The position numbers and the translations under genes are program-made. A stretch of 64,000 nt of DNA from NCBI GenBank assembly GCA_019828565.1, contig JAHDYR010000003.1, positions 310,001 through 374,000 on the forward strand. The letters run 5' to 3'. The notes beneath the pieces were generated by a model. It was not told the origin of the DNA. It saw only the letters and a list, made by a program, of their open reading frames with translations, and searched no databases. Positions 50,369 through 59,968 of this stretch are shown here, piece by piece (positions within the stretch are counted from its first letter, which is position 1; every line of letters starts with the position of its first letter). Source of the stretch: Carpediemonas membranifera BICM (lineage: Eukaryota; Protista; Fornicata).

Positions 50369-51769
50369 ATGAAAATAGACGTTACTATCAATACCCCGCT
50401 CGCTGATGGCGAGGAGCTCCCAGATACCATCTTCACGCTAATGCCCGGGACGATCGTCGCCATCCTACACCATGCAGAGGTTCCCAGCGTTCAGTTCATC
50501 TGCAAGAAGTTCTACCACTGCGCAATGGAAGAAGACAAGGCCTCTGAGGATTATGATTTCGAGGCCACGCGCCTCCGGCTGTATCACGGTCGCCTGTACA
50601 CCAGCGGGAATAACCTCGCTGGCCAGTGTGGTGCCGAGCCTGACACCCCATGGCTCTGCGACTTCCACTGGGTGCGTCTACCCCCCGTTCTGGACCTTGC
50701 ATCTGCCGGCAACGCGACCTTCGCCTACACCAGCCAAGGCATCTTCGCCTGGGGTTCCAACACCCATGGCCGACTCGGAATTGGCTCCCATCATGTCTCA
50801 GACACGTGTTCTGCTCCGCGCCGGGTCCAGCTCGACGGAATACGCCTCGTGCGGCCGTATGAGCGAGTGACCCTGTTCTTCACACAAACAGCCATCTTCG
50901 CAGCTGGCTGGAATAAGTTTGGCACAGCCGGTGTCGGTAGCACGAAGCACCACATCATTGCCACCCCTGAGCGTGTCTCTGTCTCAGGGTGGGTCGACGA
51001 GGTTTGGTCATTTGATCGAGTCACTTTCTTCCGCACACGCAAGGGTCTATTCGCATGCGGACACAACCTCAACGGGGCTCTGGCCTTAGGTGCGGATGAG
51101 ATGCCAGGTCTGGTTGACCGCGTCATTCCCTCACCAGTCTTGGTCCCGCTGCCACCAGACATCCGGGTGACCGACGTGCGCCACAGCGGTCACTCGACCT
51201 TCTTTCTCAGTGGTCGCCGCTGCTTTGTTGCTGGAGCAAACGAGTTCGGCCAGCTCGGGTGCGAACACTCGGTTGAGTTGCCGCTCACCGAGCTCGAACT
51301 CCCCGTTGACGACCTCATTTCCGCCTGCGGGTCGACCGTCCTTCGTTCCGGATGCCAGCTCTTCGCCTGTGGATCCAACATCTTCAGCCGTTTCCCACTA
51401 CCGGGTGCGACCCTCGAGACACCCACACCCCTCAGCCTGCCCTGGCCTGTTCAGGCAGTAGCCCTCGGGAACGCCTTCTTCGCCCAACGGGAGGACGGTG
51501 CGTGGTTCACACGAGGTCGGAACAATCATGCCAAGCTCGGCGTCGTGAGCACGGAGGCGGAGATTGATTGGAATCAAATCGCTGTAGATTCAGTCGACGA
51601 GATCTATAGCGGGCATGACGCCACGCTGTTCGTGACCCATGACGGCATCAAGGCGGCCGGCTGGGTCGGCCTTCGTGTCGGAGAACCCCACCCTTGTGAT
51701 GTGGTCGACCCCCGGACGGTGATGACACAGGGGCCTGTCCCGGCAAGGGCCCAGCCCATGGCATTGTAG
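50369..51769 (+). CDS. F-box-like + RCC1 repeat family protein (member E)
   Basis: ELPDTIFTLMPGTIVAILHHAEVPSVQFICKKFY; RCC1 repeats LYTSGNN.AGQCG, FAWGSN.HGRLG, FACGHN.NGALA, GANEFGQLG. Confidence 0.88.
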   Translation: MKIDVTINTPLADGEELPDTIFTLMPGTIVAILHHAEVPSVQFICKKFYHCAMEEDKASEDYDFEATRLRLYHGRLYTSGNNLAGQCGAEPDTPWLCDFHWVRLPPVLDLASAGNATFAYTSQGIFAWGSNTHGRLGIGSHHVSDTCSAPRRVQLDGIRLVRPYERVTLFFTQTAIFAAGWNKFGTAGVGSTKHHIIATPERVSVSGWVDEVWSFDRVTFFRTRKGLFACGHNLNGALALGADEMPGLVDRVIPSPVLVPLPPDIRVTDVRHSGHSTFFLSGRRCFVAGANEFGQLGCEHSVELPLTELELPVDDLISACGSTVLRSGCQLFACGSNIFSRFPLPGATLETPTPLSLPWPVQAVALGNAFFAQREDGAWFTRGRNNHAKLGVVSTEAEIDWNQIAVDSVDEIYSGHDATLFVTHDGIKAAGWVGLRVGEPHPCDVVDPRTVMTQGPVPARAQPMAL

Positions 51770-51885
51770 AGTGCAGCATTAGGACCATTTTATCAACATA
51801 AATTGCAGCGCTGATGGTCTTTCACTTGCTTGCATCTCAGTCGATAATTGAAAAACTCCGGATTTATGAGCTATAAACTGATTAC

Positions 51886-52788
51886 TCAGAAAAATGTGAA
51901 CGAGGATAGGGCCAGTGACATCGGCTGGAAGGGGAACACCCCATTCTGGCACTGTGCTCGCCGGTCGGCTATGGCCTTATTCTTGGCCTCAATGCGCCGT
52001 GCCCGAACCTCAAGACCGAATCGGAAGCCACGCCAGAAGATATCCTCTGGAGATCCATTCAGAGATATGGTCTGACCGCCGATTGTCACGAACATCGGAG
52101 CGGGCTCGGGTCGGGATGGCGTCTCGACAATCTCAGCCTGGGTCGCCTCAGTGGGCGGTGTGGGGCCCAATGGCTCTGGCACCGTCTCTACTACAACCGG
52201 CTGTGTAGTTTGTTTCATCTTCTTGTCAAGTGCCTCCTGAACATCATGTACAACACTGCCACTCCCCTTGACCTTGGCCTGGGCGATTACCCTGCCATAC
52301 GCGTTCACAATCTCACCGTACTTGGTCTCAAGCATGGTAGCGACTTTCCCCGCGATCATGGGGGCGTCTGACGAGACCTGGAAGGACCCCGAGAGGATCG
52401 ACTTGTTGGGGTCCGTTGGGTGCGGCCGGAGTGTCCCCCGGTCGTGAATGTCCGCAAAAGAGCCCGTCTCCTCGCTGTGGGTGTGGAATGAGAGTTCGTC
52501 TGGCGTTACCGTTACCTCTTCCCGGCCTCTCGCAATGATGCCTTCGGGAAGAGCGCGCATGGATTCAGGGAGAAATCTGAGGGCAAAACCAGGCAAGCTA
52601 CCGGTCAAATCGAAGCTTGACTGTGATGAAATGCTCTTCTTAGCAGCATTAACGTCTCTATGCCTCAGATTGGTGATAAACGGGCTTTTGACCAGATCGA
52701 TCTTGCTATAGAAGGCTACGCTAGCTTCATTAAACGGCTTATCCATCTCAAACTCATAAGGCGTTGTCCTCGTGATGAGCTTGGGCAT
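51886..52788 (-). CDS. PRELI/Ups (START-fold) lipid-transfer-like protein
   Basis: N-terminal ~170 aa with LPGFALRFLP, REEVTV and LRPHPTDPNKS, resembling PRELI (lP.w..k...EEs.v...y.phPenP..T). Confidence 0.55.
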   Translation of the reverse strand: MPKLITRTTPYEFEMDKPFNEASVAFYSKIDLVKSPFITNLRHRDVNAAKKSISSQSSFDLTGSLPGFALRFLPESMRALPEGIIARGREEVTVTPDELSFHTHSEETGSFADIHDRGTLRPHPTDPNKSILSGSFQVSSDAPMIAGKVATMLETKYGEIVNAYGRVIAQAKVKGSGSVVHDVQEALDKKMKQTTQPVVVETVPEPLGPTPPTEATQAEIVETPSRPEPAPMFVTIGGQTISLNGSPEDIFWRGFRFGLEVRARRIEAKNKAIADRRAQCQNGVFPFQPMSLALSSFTFF

Positions 52789-52939
52789 GGGTAAGGTCTT
52801 AACTCTTAAACGGTTTGCCAGATCTGCGCACCCCACCCAAAACATGGGCCCGAGACCGAGCACGAGTTGAAGCACGCCGCCGATCACCACCCCACCGTTC
52901 TAGCTCAGCTCAACTCACATATTTTATACACCACGGTCC

Positions 52940-55900
52940 TCACATGCTCGCCGTTCCCTCACTCTCACTCGAAGAGTCAAATGCATCCTTCAAATCCAGA
53001 CGCATCCTCGGATCCCGCTTCCGGAGTACCCTCGTTGAGGGCGAGACAGACATTTCCTGCGGAGACATGCGACTCTTGCTGACAGGTGTCTTGCGCTTCT
53101 GCGCCGGAGTCTTCTTGGCAGTCTTCGGCGTCCTCCTCTGTGTCGTTGCCCGCTGAGGCGTTCTCCTCTGTGTTGTCGTCCTCTGCGGCGTCCTGCGCTG
53201 CCTACTAGGTGTTAAAAACGCCAGAGAATCACTATCGTCGATGGTCTTCAGGAGATAGCTATGGTCTCGAGGGAGAAGGGGATCATTCTTTCGATTCGTC
53301 CAGCTATCATCGCTAATGGGTATATACCAACCATACGCACAATCTTTCGGATCGTACGGCGCAACTGCGTTGATCGTAAGATTCATCTTCTTCGCCTTCT
53401 CGGAAAACACCTTGATGAGAGTATCACACACCACGAGCATGGTCCTATTGAGCGTCGCATACATCGCTGGATCGAACTCCCCCGTTTTCTTGTCGCGGAT
53501 GATGACGGGGTGGAGGGAAAGCCGTTTCTTGATCAGATTGAGGAAGGCCAGACTGCGGTGGGTGATGTCAGTGGGGTCCGCAGCAGCGTGGAGCAGACAG
53601 TCGCACGCAAACACAGCGATCGACAGGATTATGTTGTGGGCGTTGGACATGTCCGCCGAGTTCTCGTTGATGGCGCCAACCACGTTTGTGAGGATATGCG
53701 TCAACCAGTATGCCAGACCCTCGGGGCCGTGGAGCACGATGTCTCTGCCCCCCTGCGTGATCAGGAACGCCTTCTCAACGGCGTGTCTCGCCATCCTCAT
53801 GGCTTGCAGTTTCATGGCTCGGTCAGGGTCTGCACCGTAGAAACAGAGCAAAGCGATGGCCACAATGTTGAAACGGGAGTCAACGATGGCTTGGGCGAGT
53901 CGCTTCAGCAAGAACAGGCGGGCATGGGGGTTGAGATGCTGGGTGAGGTTCGCGAGGAGCTGCAGGATAGTGGGGAATCGGATATCAGTCGAACGACACC
54001 ACGCCGTAACTTCGTCAGCGGTACTCTCGCGGTCTTTGCCAGGTTTCTCAAGACGTTGACCATCTTTGCTGATCTCCTCAAGCATCCGTAAAGTGCGCGT
54101 TGTCCAAATACATTTCATCAACACATCAGCGGCTGCCAGACAGGTCCATGTGCCGTGGTACGACAACGTCTGCTCAGCTGTGGCTGTACGGGCGGCGGGG
54201 GTGGGGCCTTGGATCACACCATTGGACAAAAGGAGCTTGCGGAGGAAGTGAAAAACGGTCGCCATGGTCGTCTTGGCAGTATCCTCATCGGTCCTATCCT
54301 TGCCATCGAGAGGCGAGGGGACGAATCGGGAGGGGGAGAGCCACTGCGTCATGCACTCCATCGCGAACACCACCGCTAGCGTCGCTGAGCTGCACCGGCG
54401 GGCACCGCTCGGGTGGACTAGGGGAGCGTACTCGGGTTCGCGGGCTGGGCTTTCCTCAGAGTCGGAGTCGGAGTCGTCCTTGGCGAAATCCACATAGGAG
54501 GTGTAACCTTCAAGCTCCTCGACGAGAGGAACAGACAACACCAGCTTCACGCAATCATGTAACACGATGGTACTCTTCGAGCAAGGGGCAAGGCCTGCGA
54601 GCACGACCGCGACTCTGCGTGTGAGCTCTCCGGCGGTCTCTGTCGCAGTTGATTTCGCAGTGGCGCTGCGTTTCTTGATGAGTGCATCGACAGCGTCCGC
54701 GAACATCGTACTCAAGTTACCGATGAGCTCTGCTCTTGTCTCCTGGTTGTTCAGCTTCTCGAGGACAACGCCAGCAACCGATGCTGTCGAGCAGATGGCA
54801 GCTATGTCCTCGTCTCCGAAGACGGGGCTGTCGATAAACAGGGCCTTGAGTGATTCCTTGGCAGTGTCGGTGAGCGACACCGTGTTTTCAATGTTCTCAA
54901 TGCCCTGGAGGAGTGTGATAAACGCCGAGGCTAGCTGGAAGTCTCCGTTGTTGTGGGCGTCAGCGGCTGCGTCAAGGATGGGAGATATGTTGGCCTTGAT
55001 GTAGAAGTAGACGTTGGGGACCTTGCGGGTGGCCTGGTCGGGCTTTGAGTAGATCGAGGCCAGGGCCGCAGTGAGCAGCTTGATCTCCGCAGTCGGGGTA
55101 GACCTGGCGAGCTCAGCAACGGCCTCCCAGACATGTTTCGTGACCATTGTCTTGAGAGGGGTGAGGTGCAGACTCTTGATGAATCTCACGAGCTCGTCTC
55201 TAACATCAGAACCAACACAGTCGTTGAGGGGTCCGTCCTTGCCAGTCAAGAGGAACTCGAGCGATCGGGGTGTGAGCATGGCGTCGAGATTGAGGCAGTC
55301 GCGGACGATTGCGCCTACTGTCATGCCGGTTGAGGAGGTCGAACGGTGAACTAGGTTGGTGCTCCCCGGCCTGCGGAGGACAGCGATGGCGGGGCCAGAG
55401 AGGCAGAGAGCCTTGTACAGCTTGGGCAATCTCAGTTCGAGTTCCTTGATCTCCTTGCTGTGGCCCTTGTCGTTGTCCTCGCCTAGGGCCCTTGTCTTGG
55501 GCTCACTGAGTGCTACCAGCTGGTCTTGGGTGGAAATGATGTCTTGTACCAAACGACGCCGCTTCCACATCATCTGGACCGCCTTGAAAAGCACCTTGCT
55601 GTGGTTGGGGTTGCGGCTAGCAAGGAGTGTCATCTCACACATCCGCCTGGCGCTGGCATCTGCTGTCTTCTGGTTATCAATCTTCTTACTCGGGTCCCGC
55701 ACCCAGATGAGGTCGAGCAGGGCCTCGGCGGCGATCATGTCGTCCGTGGTGATGGCTATGCCGAGGGCATTCACCGCGTTCTCCTGGAATGAGCCTGGTG
55801 TCAATCCGTGGTGCTCGAGGGCGTGTGACAGGGGCCGACGCACTGCCCTGACACACTCAGACCTCACCTTTCGGTCAGCGTCCTTGAGGCGCTCGATCCA

Positions 55901-56629
55901 ACCGTCCCTGAGCGGGTCTAGGTCTGAGCTATTGTCGGAAAGGAGGCGGGCGGTGCCTTCGAGCATGGCGATGCGGACGTCGGCATTCTCGTCCTCGAGA
56001 AGCTCGATGACTGGGTCAACCATCTCTCGGATGGAGACGGGGTAGACTCTGGCGGTCAGCAGGGAGGAAATGGCCACACCGACTGTGGCCCGAAGACGCG
56101 CGTCATGAAGCTCGTATAACGAGGCTAGGGGCGTGAAGAGAGAGGGCACGCTGGCGTATATGGACCCGTGGTCGAGGTGGGCAAGCAGTGCAAGGACCTT
56201 GACGCAGTAGGGTCGGAGTCGATCGATGTTGTCGTCGTCTTCATTCTCCGTGTCACTCTCGCCGCGTTTTTTGCCACGCTTGCCCTTCTTCTTGGTTTTG
56301 GTCGTTTGAGCCTCCAATGCCTTGGCCTCCTGCTCTGCTTCGTTCAGTATGATCTTGCGGACAGCTTCACGAAGTGGCGCGAGAGCGTCGTCGGCTAAAT
56401 CGCCACTGTAGCGGGCAGTGATGGCTAGAGCATAGAGGGCTTCCTTCAAGAAGTCTTCCTCGTACTCTTCATCGCCAAGAACAACGAGGTCGGAGAAGTA
56501 GTAGATGAACTGGTCGTAAAAGTCGTCGGTAAGGGTTCTCACCGTTCTGATCGCCTTCTCTGTGTCCTGACTAACGGTATCAGGAGAAGTGATGGATCTG
56601 ATAAGAACCTCGTACTCCTCTTCTACCAT
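52940..56629 (-). CDS. PDS5: Sister-chromatid cohesion protein PDS5 (HEAT repeats)
   Basis: HEAT repeats (RLKDADRKVR), then R..LL.RL...I....LL....DP, PEGLAYWLTHIL, L.LIKK, VVCD, and a basic TP-rich tail. The true start is taken as MVEEEY. Confidence 0.72.
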   Translation of the reverse strand: MVEEEYEVLIRSITSPDTVSQDTEKAIRTVRTLTDDFYDQFIYYFSDLVVLGDEEYEEDFLKEALYALAITARYSGDLADDALAPLREAVRKIILNEAEQEAKALEAQTTKTKKKGKRGKKRGESDTENEDDDNIDRLRPYCVKVLALLAHLDHGSIYASVPSLFTPLASLYELHDARLRATVGVAISSLLTARVYPVSIREMVDPVIELLEDENADVRIAMLEGTARLLSDNSSDLDPLRDGWIERLKDADRKVRSECVRAVRRPLSHALEHHGLTPGSFQENAVNALGIAITTDDMIAAEALLDLIWVRDPSKKIDNQKTADASARRMCEMTLLASRNPNHSKVLFKAVQMMWKRRRLVQDIISTQDQLVALSEPKTRALGEDNDKGHSKEIKELELRLPKLYKALCLSGPAIAVLRRPGSTNLVHRSTSSTGMTVGAIVRDCLNLDAMLTPRSLEFLLTGKDGPLNDCVGSDVRDELVRFIKSLHLTPLKTMVTKHVWEAVAELARSTPTAEIKLLTAALASIYSKPDQATRKVPNVYFYIKANISPILDAAADAHNNGDFQLASAFITLLQGIENIENTVSLTDTAKESLKALFIDSPVFGDEDIAAICSTASVAGVVLEKLNNQETRAELIGNLSTMFADAVDALIKKRSATAKSTATETAGELTRRVAVVLAGLAPCSKSTIVLHDCVKLVLSVPLVEELEGYTSYVDFAKDDSDSDSEESPAREPEYAPLVHPSGARRCSSATLAVVFAMECMTQWLSPSRFVPSPLDGKDRTDEDTAKTTMATVFHFLRKLLLSNGVIQGPTPAARTATAEQTLSYHGTWTCLAAADVLMKCIWTTRTLRMLEEISKDGQRLEKPGKDRESTADEVTAWCRSTDIRFPTILQLLANLTQHLNPHARLFLLKRLAQAIVDSRFNIVAIALLCFYGADPDRAMKLQAMRMARHAVEKAFLITQGGRDIVLHGPEGLAYWLTHILTNVVGAINENSADMSNAHNIILSIAVFACDCLLHAAADPTDITHRSLAFLNLIKKRLSLHPVIIRDKKTGEFDPAMYATLNRTMLVVCDTLIKVFSEKAKKMNLTINAVAPYDPKDCAYGWYIPISDDSWTNRKNDPLLPRDHSYLLKTIDDSDSLAFLTPSRQRRTPQRTTTQRRTPQRATTQRRTPKTAKKTPAQKRKTPVSKSRMSPQEMSVSPSTRVLRKRDPRMRLDLKDAFDSSSESEGTASM

Positions 56630-56903
56630 TTTTGCCTTTGATCGTTGGACCGCGCAGAATATGCTCCTCGCCTTGTGGTATTTAGAGGGTTTATGTGGAG
56701 GATTCATGTAAAGGTGACTTAGGCTGTCGACCCCCCTGGGATGAACTCCAGAGGACTGAACAGGTTCAGTCTGACGGCCCACCTGTCGTACACCAGAAGG
56801 GTAGCGGACATGAGGGCGTCCTCGATGGTAAGAGCGACGGTTCTGGGTGGGATCTTGGTTCTCGCTCCAGCAGAAGAAGTTCCTTTCAGGCCCTGTCTGG
56901 GAG

Positions 56904-58274
56904 GTCGAACGCTGCTGTCTTCTTTCGCGTCTGTGCTCGTCTGTTACGCGCTTGCATTGCCCGAGGGGCAACGGGTGGGTCGCACTGGTACCGTGGCCGA
57001 GGCCCTTGTCGGCGTGCTGTCGTGCGTCACGCGCATGAGTGCTGCAGTGACCAAGCTGGTCACACTCACTCGTGCCGTGAACCTCGAGCTCAGCCAGGCT
57101 CTGCCAGAGCCGAAGCTCATTCCGTTCGTGACGATGGCGCCGGTCAGGCCTGGGTTCATGACCCTCGAGCGCGGAGTAACAGCGCTCACCCCAGCGATGA
57201 AGAGGCGCCTCCGTGTGCACGTGAATTGGTCAGCAACCAAGAATTTGACCGACGAGCAGGTGGCTGAATACGAGCGTGATCACGGCGACATCACCAAGCT
57301 CCGCAGAGTGCTCTCTGTGAAGACAGACGGGGTCTCTGTTGCTGTGACGGTTTGGGTGGGTCGAGAGAAATACCGTGGCGGTCGGGTGGCTGACCGGCCC
57401 ACGTACAAAAAGGGTAGCAGCAACAAGCGGGCTCGGCTCGGTCAGGATGACGCCGAGGCTACTCCTGCCCCGGACATTCAAGCTCTCATGGGCTTCGACC
57501 CTGGTGCTCGGTCGCTGGGCGGCTACACGATCCGCCGCCCAGACGGGCAGAGTGTATCTGGCGTACTCGCTAAGTGTGGCTACACTGCCACCCCCTCTTT
57601 CCGCGTGAATATGAGCGCAGCATCGTTCAAAACGACAAGTCTAGAGGCTCTCAAACAGTCGATTAGGTTTGTCCATGAGAACATCGTTCAGATCATCAAC
57701 GAGGGGACGAGAAAGTGTTTCCGCCGGGCGACTTTTGCCAATCACTGTCTGCGCCTGAAGCACTTCGCCCGGGCTGGACGTCAACTCCTGGATGATCTCG
57801 GCGGGCGCCCCCGGAGCCCATTCACCTCGAAGTCGCGTATGGGGCTGCACTGTTCGGTTCCGCCGGCACTCCCTCCCTGTCCTCCGTACCGCCACTTTGC
57901 TCGAGCTCTCCCTGGCATAATGCTCCGGCACAACGTCGTCGTGACTGTCACGATGGTCTCCGAATTCCGCACTTCCATCGTGTGCCCATACTGCAAAGCA
58001 CACTTCAGACGTGTGGTGCACACCGCACCATGCTCTGCCAGAATCCCGCGTGCGAGGGAGCTCCATGGCGCGTTGAACGGCTACGTCGGCATCCCGAGCA
58101 GAGAGACATACTTCTCAATCTCTCTCACCGAGATAAGAGCGCCAGCGAGAACATCCTTTGGTGCACCTTCGATGCAACTTCAGATCAGATAGAGCAATCT
58201 CCTTTCCACTACGACTACGACGAGGTGCTCTTCCTCGTTATCATTAACTTGCTAAGTTGAGCAAACACGCGCTG
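56904..58274 (+). mobile_element. Fanzor/TnpB-like element, copy 2 (truncated at both ends, inverted relative to copy 1)
   Basis: Near-identical reverse complement of 48680-50049, with the same RuvC motifs and an intact IVCPYC. Confidence 0.85.
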
Positions 58275-58647
58275 CAGCGCGCGTGATATGCAGCGCACGA
58301 TTGATAGAGTATGATGAACCACACTGCGATCCTGATGCTGCTTGGATCACTGTGTGTTTTGGACTCAAGTATTCTAATCCTGCGCAGCACACGCCTCCGG
58401 AATCTGCGGAATCACGACTGAAGCGTCTAAATGCTAGTTTCAGCAGAGCGAACCATCCAAATAATCGACAGTATACGGCTTTCTTCAAATGTCAGGACTC
58501 GTCGTCTTCCCAATCTGCTCATCCAAAAAGACCCAAGCCACCTATCTGAGACCTAGCCCTGATTGGCTGGTAACTACTCAAACTCTGCTGGCCAAATGAC
58601 TTGGCGCAAGTCGGCGGATGATGGGGTCACTTTCGACGTGGCGCAAA

Positions 58648-59796
58648 ATGGTGGGAAGAAAGTCCCGAAAGCCCGATTTTACCAGAAACTGGGTATATGA
58701 AGCGTCAAAGAAGAACAAAGACCATGTTGTGATCAGTAATGTGAACCGTTCACGTTTCACCGGCCTCAGCGATGATCAGCTCACATATTCTGCCCCGCAA
58801 GGCTACAGGATAGCTACTTCAACTCACGGAGCGCAAGAAGGTACCTGGTACTTCGAAGCCTCCTGCTTAAAGGGTGCTCACGAATCTCCCGCATTCCGAA
58901 TCGGCTGGGCGCGCCATGATTTACCCCCCGATGTAATGGATGCAAACGTGGGGTATGATGTCCACTCTTGGGGTATCCGCTCAGTGGACGGTTCTACTAT
59001 CCACGACGGTCATCGCGAGGCCTACGGCAAGCCCTTTGGCCCTGGTGATGTCCTAGGCTGCCTCATCCACCTCCCCCCTTGCGACGTCGAGCTCGAGCCA
59101 GAGGTAGAGCAAGTATTCGCACCCAACCTCTTCCAGCTGAACCGTGAGCCGAGAAAGAAGGGCTCTAAGGGCAGCTCAAAGCGAGGCAAGCAAAAGGAGG
59201 CGTCTCGGGTCCAACACAGGAGCAAGGAGACCGAGCAGGCCGCAGCAGGCGTTGTCTGCACCGGATCATACATGCAGTTCTTCCTCAACGGCGAGGATCT
59301 CGGCAAGACGTTCACGGACCTTCCTGGAGCCCGATACTACCCAGCAATTTCAGCCTACAACTACGGCAAGATCACTGCTGCTTTTGAGCGGGATAGCATG
59401 AAGTTTGCTGACACTATCCCAAGTGACATCCACTGGAGGCCTATTAATGACCTCCACGCCATACGGCACAAGTTTGAGATGGAACTACTCGAAGCTGAGC
59501 AGCGTCAGATGGAAGAGGAGCAACGTTTGAAGGAAGAACAGCAGCGTCAGGCCGCTGCACAGCTTGATGGGCTACAGACCGCCATGGCCCAGGACCTGGA
59601 TGCCACTGCCCCGGTGGGTGTGACTATGGGAGATATTGCTGGGACTGCGACGGATAGTGACAGTTCTAGCCCAGTCCCAGGCGAGGGTGGGTCTCGGGTG
59701 TCTGAAGAAGGCTCGGCTGAGTCAGGCGGGGCAGAGACTGTTCTACGAAAGGCAGAGGGAGAGGCCGTGCTCGAGATGAAGCGGGTCGCCGCGTGA
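58648..59796 (+). CDS. ASH2L: ASH2L/Bre2-like SPRY protein (COMPASS H3K4 methyltransferase subunit)
   Basis: GYR.A..THG..EG.WYFE, RIGW, GYD.HS.GIR...G..IH, YG..F..GDVLGCLI.LP, GS...FF.NG...G..F.DL, YYPAIS.Y. Confidence 0.85.
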   Translation: MVGRKSRKPDFTRNWVYEASKKNKDHVVISNVNRSRFTGLSDDQLTYSAPQGYRIATSTHGAQEGTWYFEASCLKGAHESPAFRIGWARHDLPPDVMDANVGYDVHSWGIRSVDGSTIHDGHREAYGKPFGPGDVLGCLIHLPPCDVELEPEVEQVFAPNLFQLNREPRKKGSKGSSKRGKQKEASRVQHRSKETEQAAAGVVCTGSYMQFFLNGEDLGKTFTDLPGARYYPAISAYNYGKITAAFERDSMKFADTIPSDIHWRPINDLHAIRHKFEMELLEAEQRQMEEEQRLKEEQQRQAAAQLDGLQTAMAQDLDATAPVGVTMGDIAGTATDSDSSSPVPGEGGSRVSEEGSAESGGAETVLRKAEGEAVLEMKRVAA

Positions 59797-59968
59797 TGGT
59801 TGGGTCGGTAAAGCTATTGTTATAATGCTGGGTTGGCTGATGGTTAATGGTTTGACTCAACATTTATAACTACTCAACGGTGATGCCAGCCGGAGCTGTC
59901 TCCCCAAACTGTTAAGGAGATCTGCTTCGACGTTGGCACAGTGTGACAAGGGCAGACGGGAGGCAGGG

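Noticed and set aside
56630-57220. 197-aa N-terminal extension of the PDS5 ORF, an apparent PDS5-transposon fusion
   Set aside because: It starts at a non-ATG codon in the antisense strand of Fanzor copy 2 and is chance read-through. MVEEEY at 56629 is the plausible start.
58308-58422. ATGATGA...CTGA as a box C/D snoRNA
   Set aside because: There is no terminal stem and no rRNA complement that I can identify; such short boxes are common by chance.
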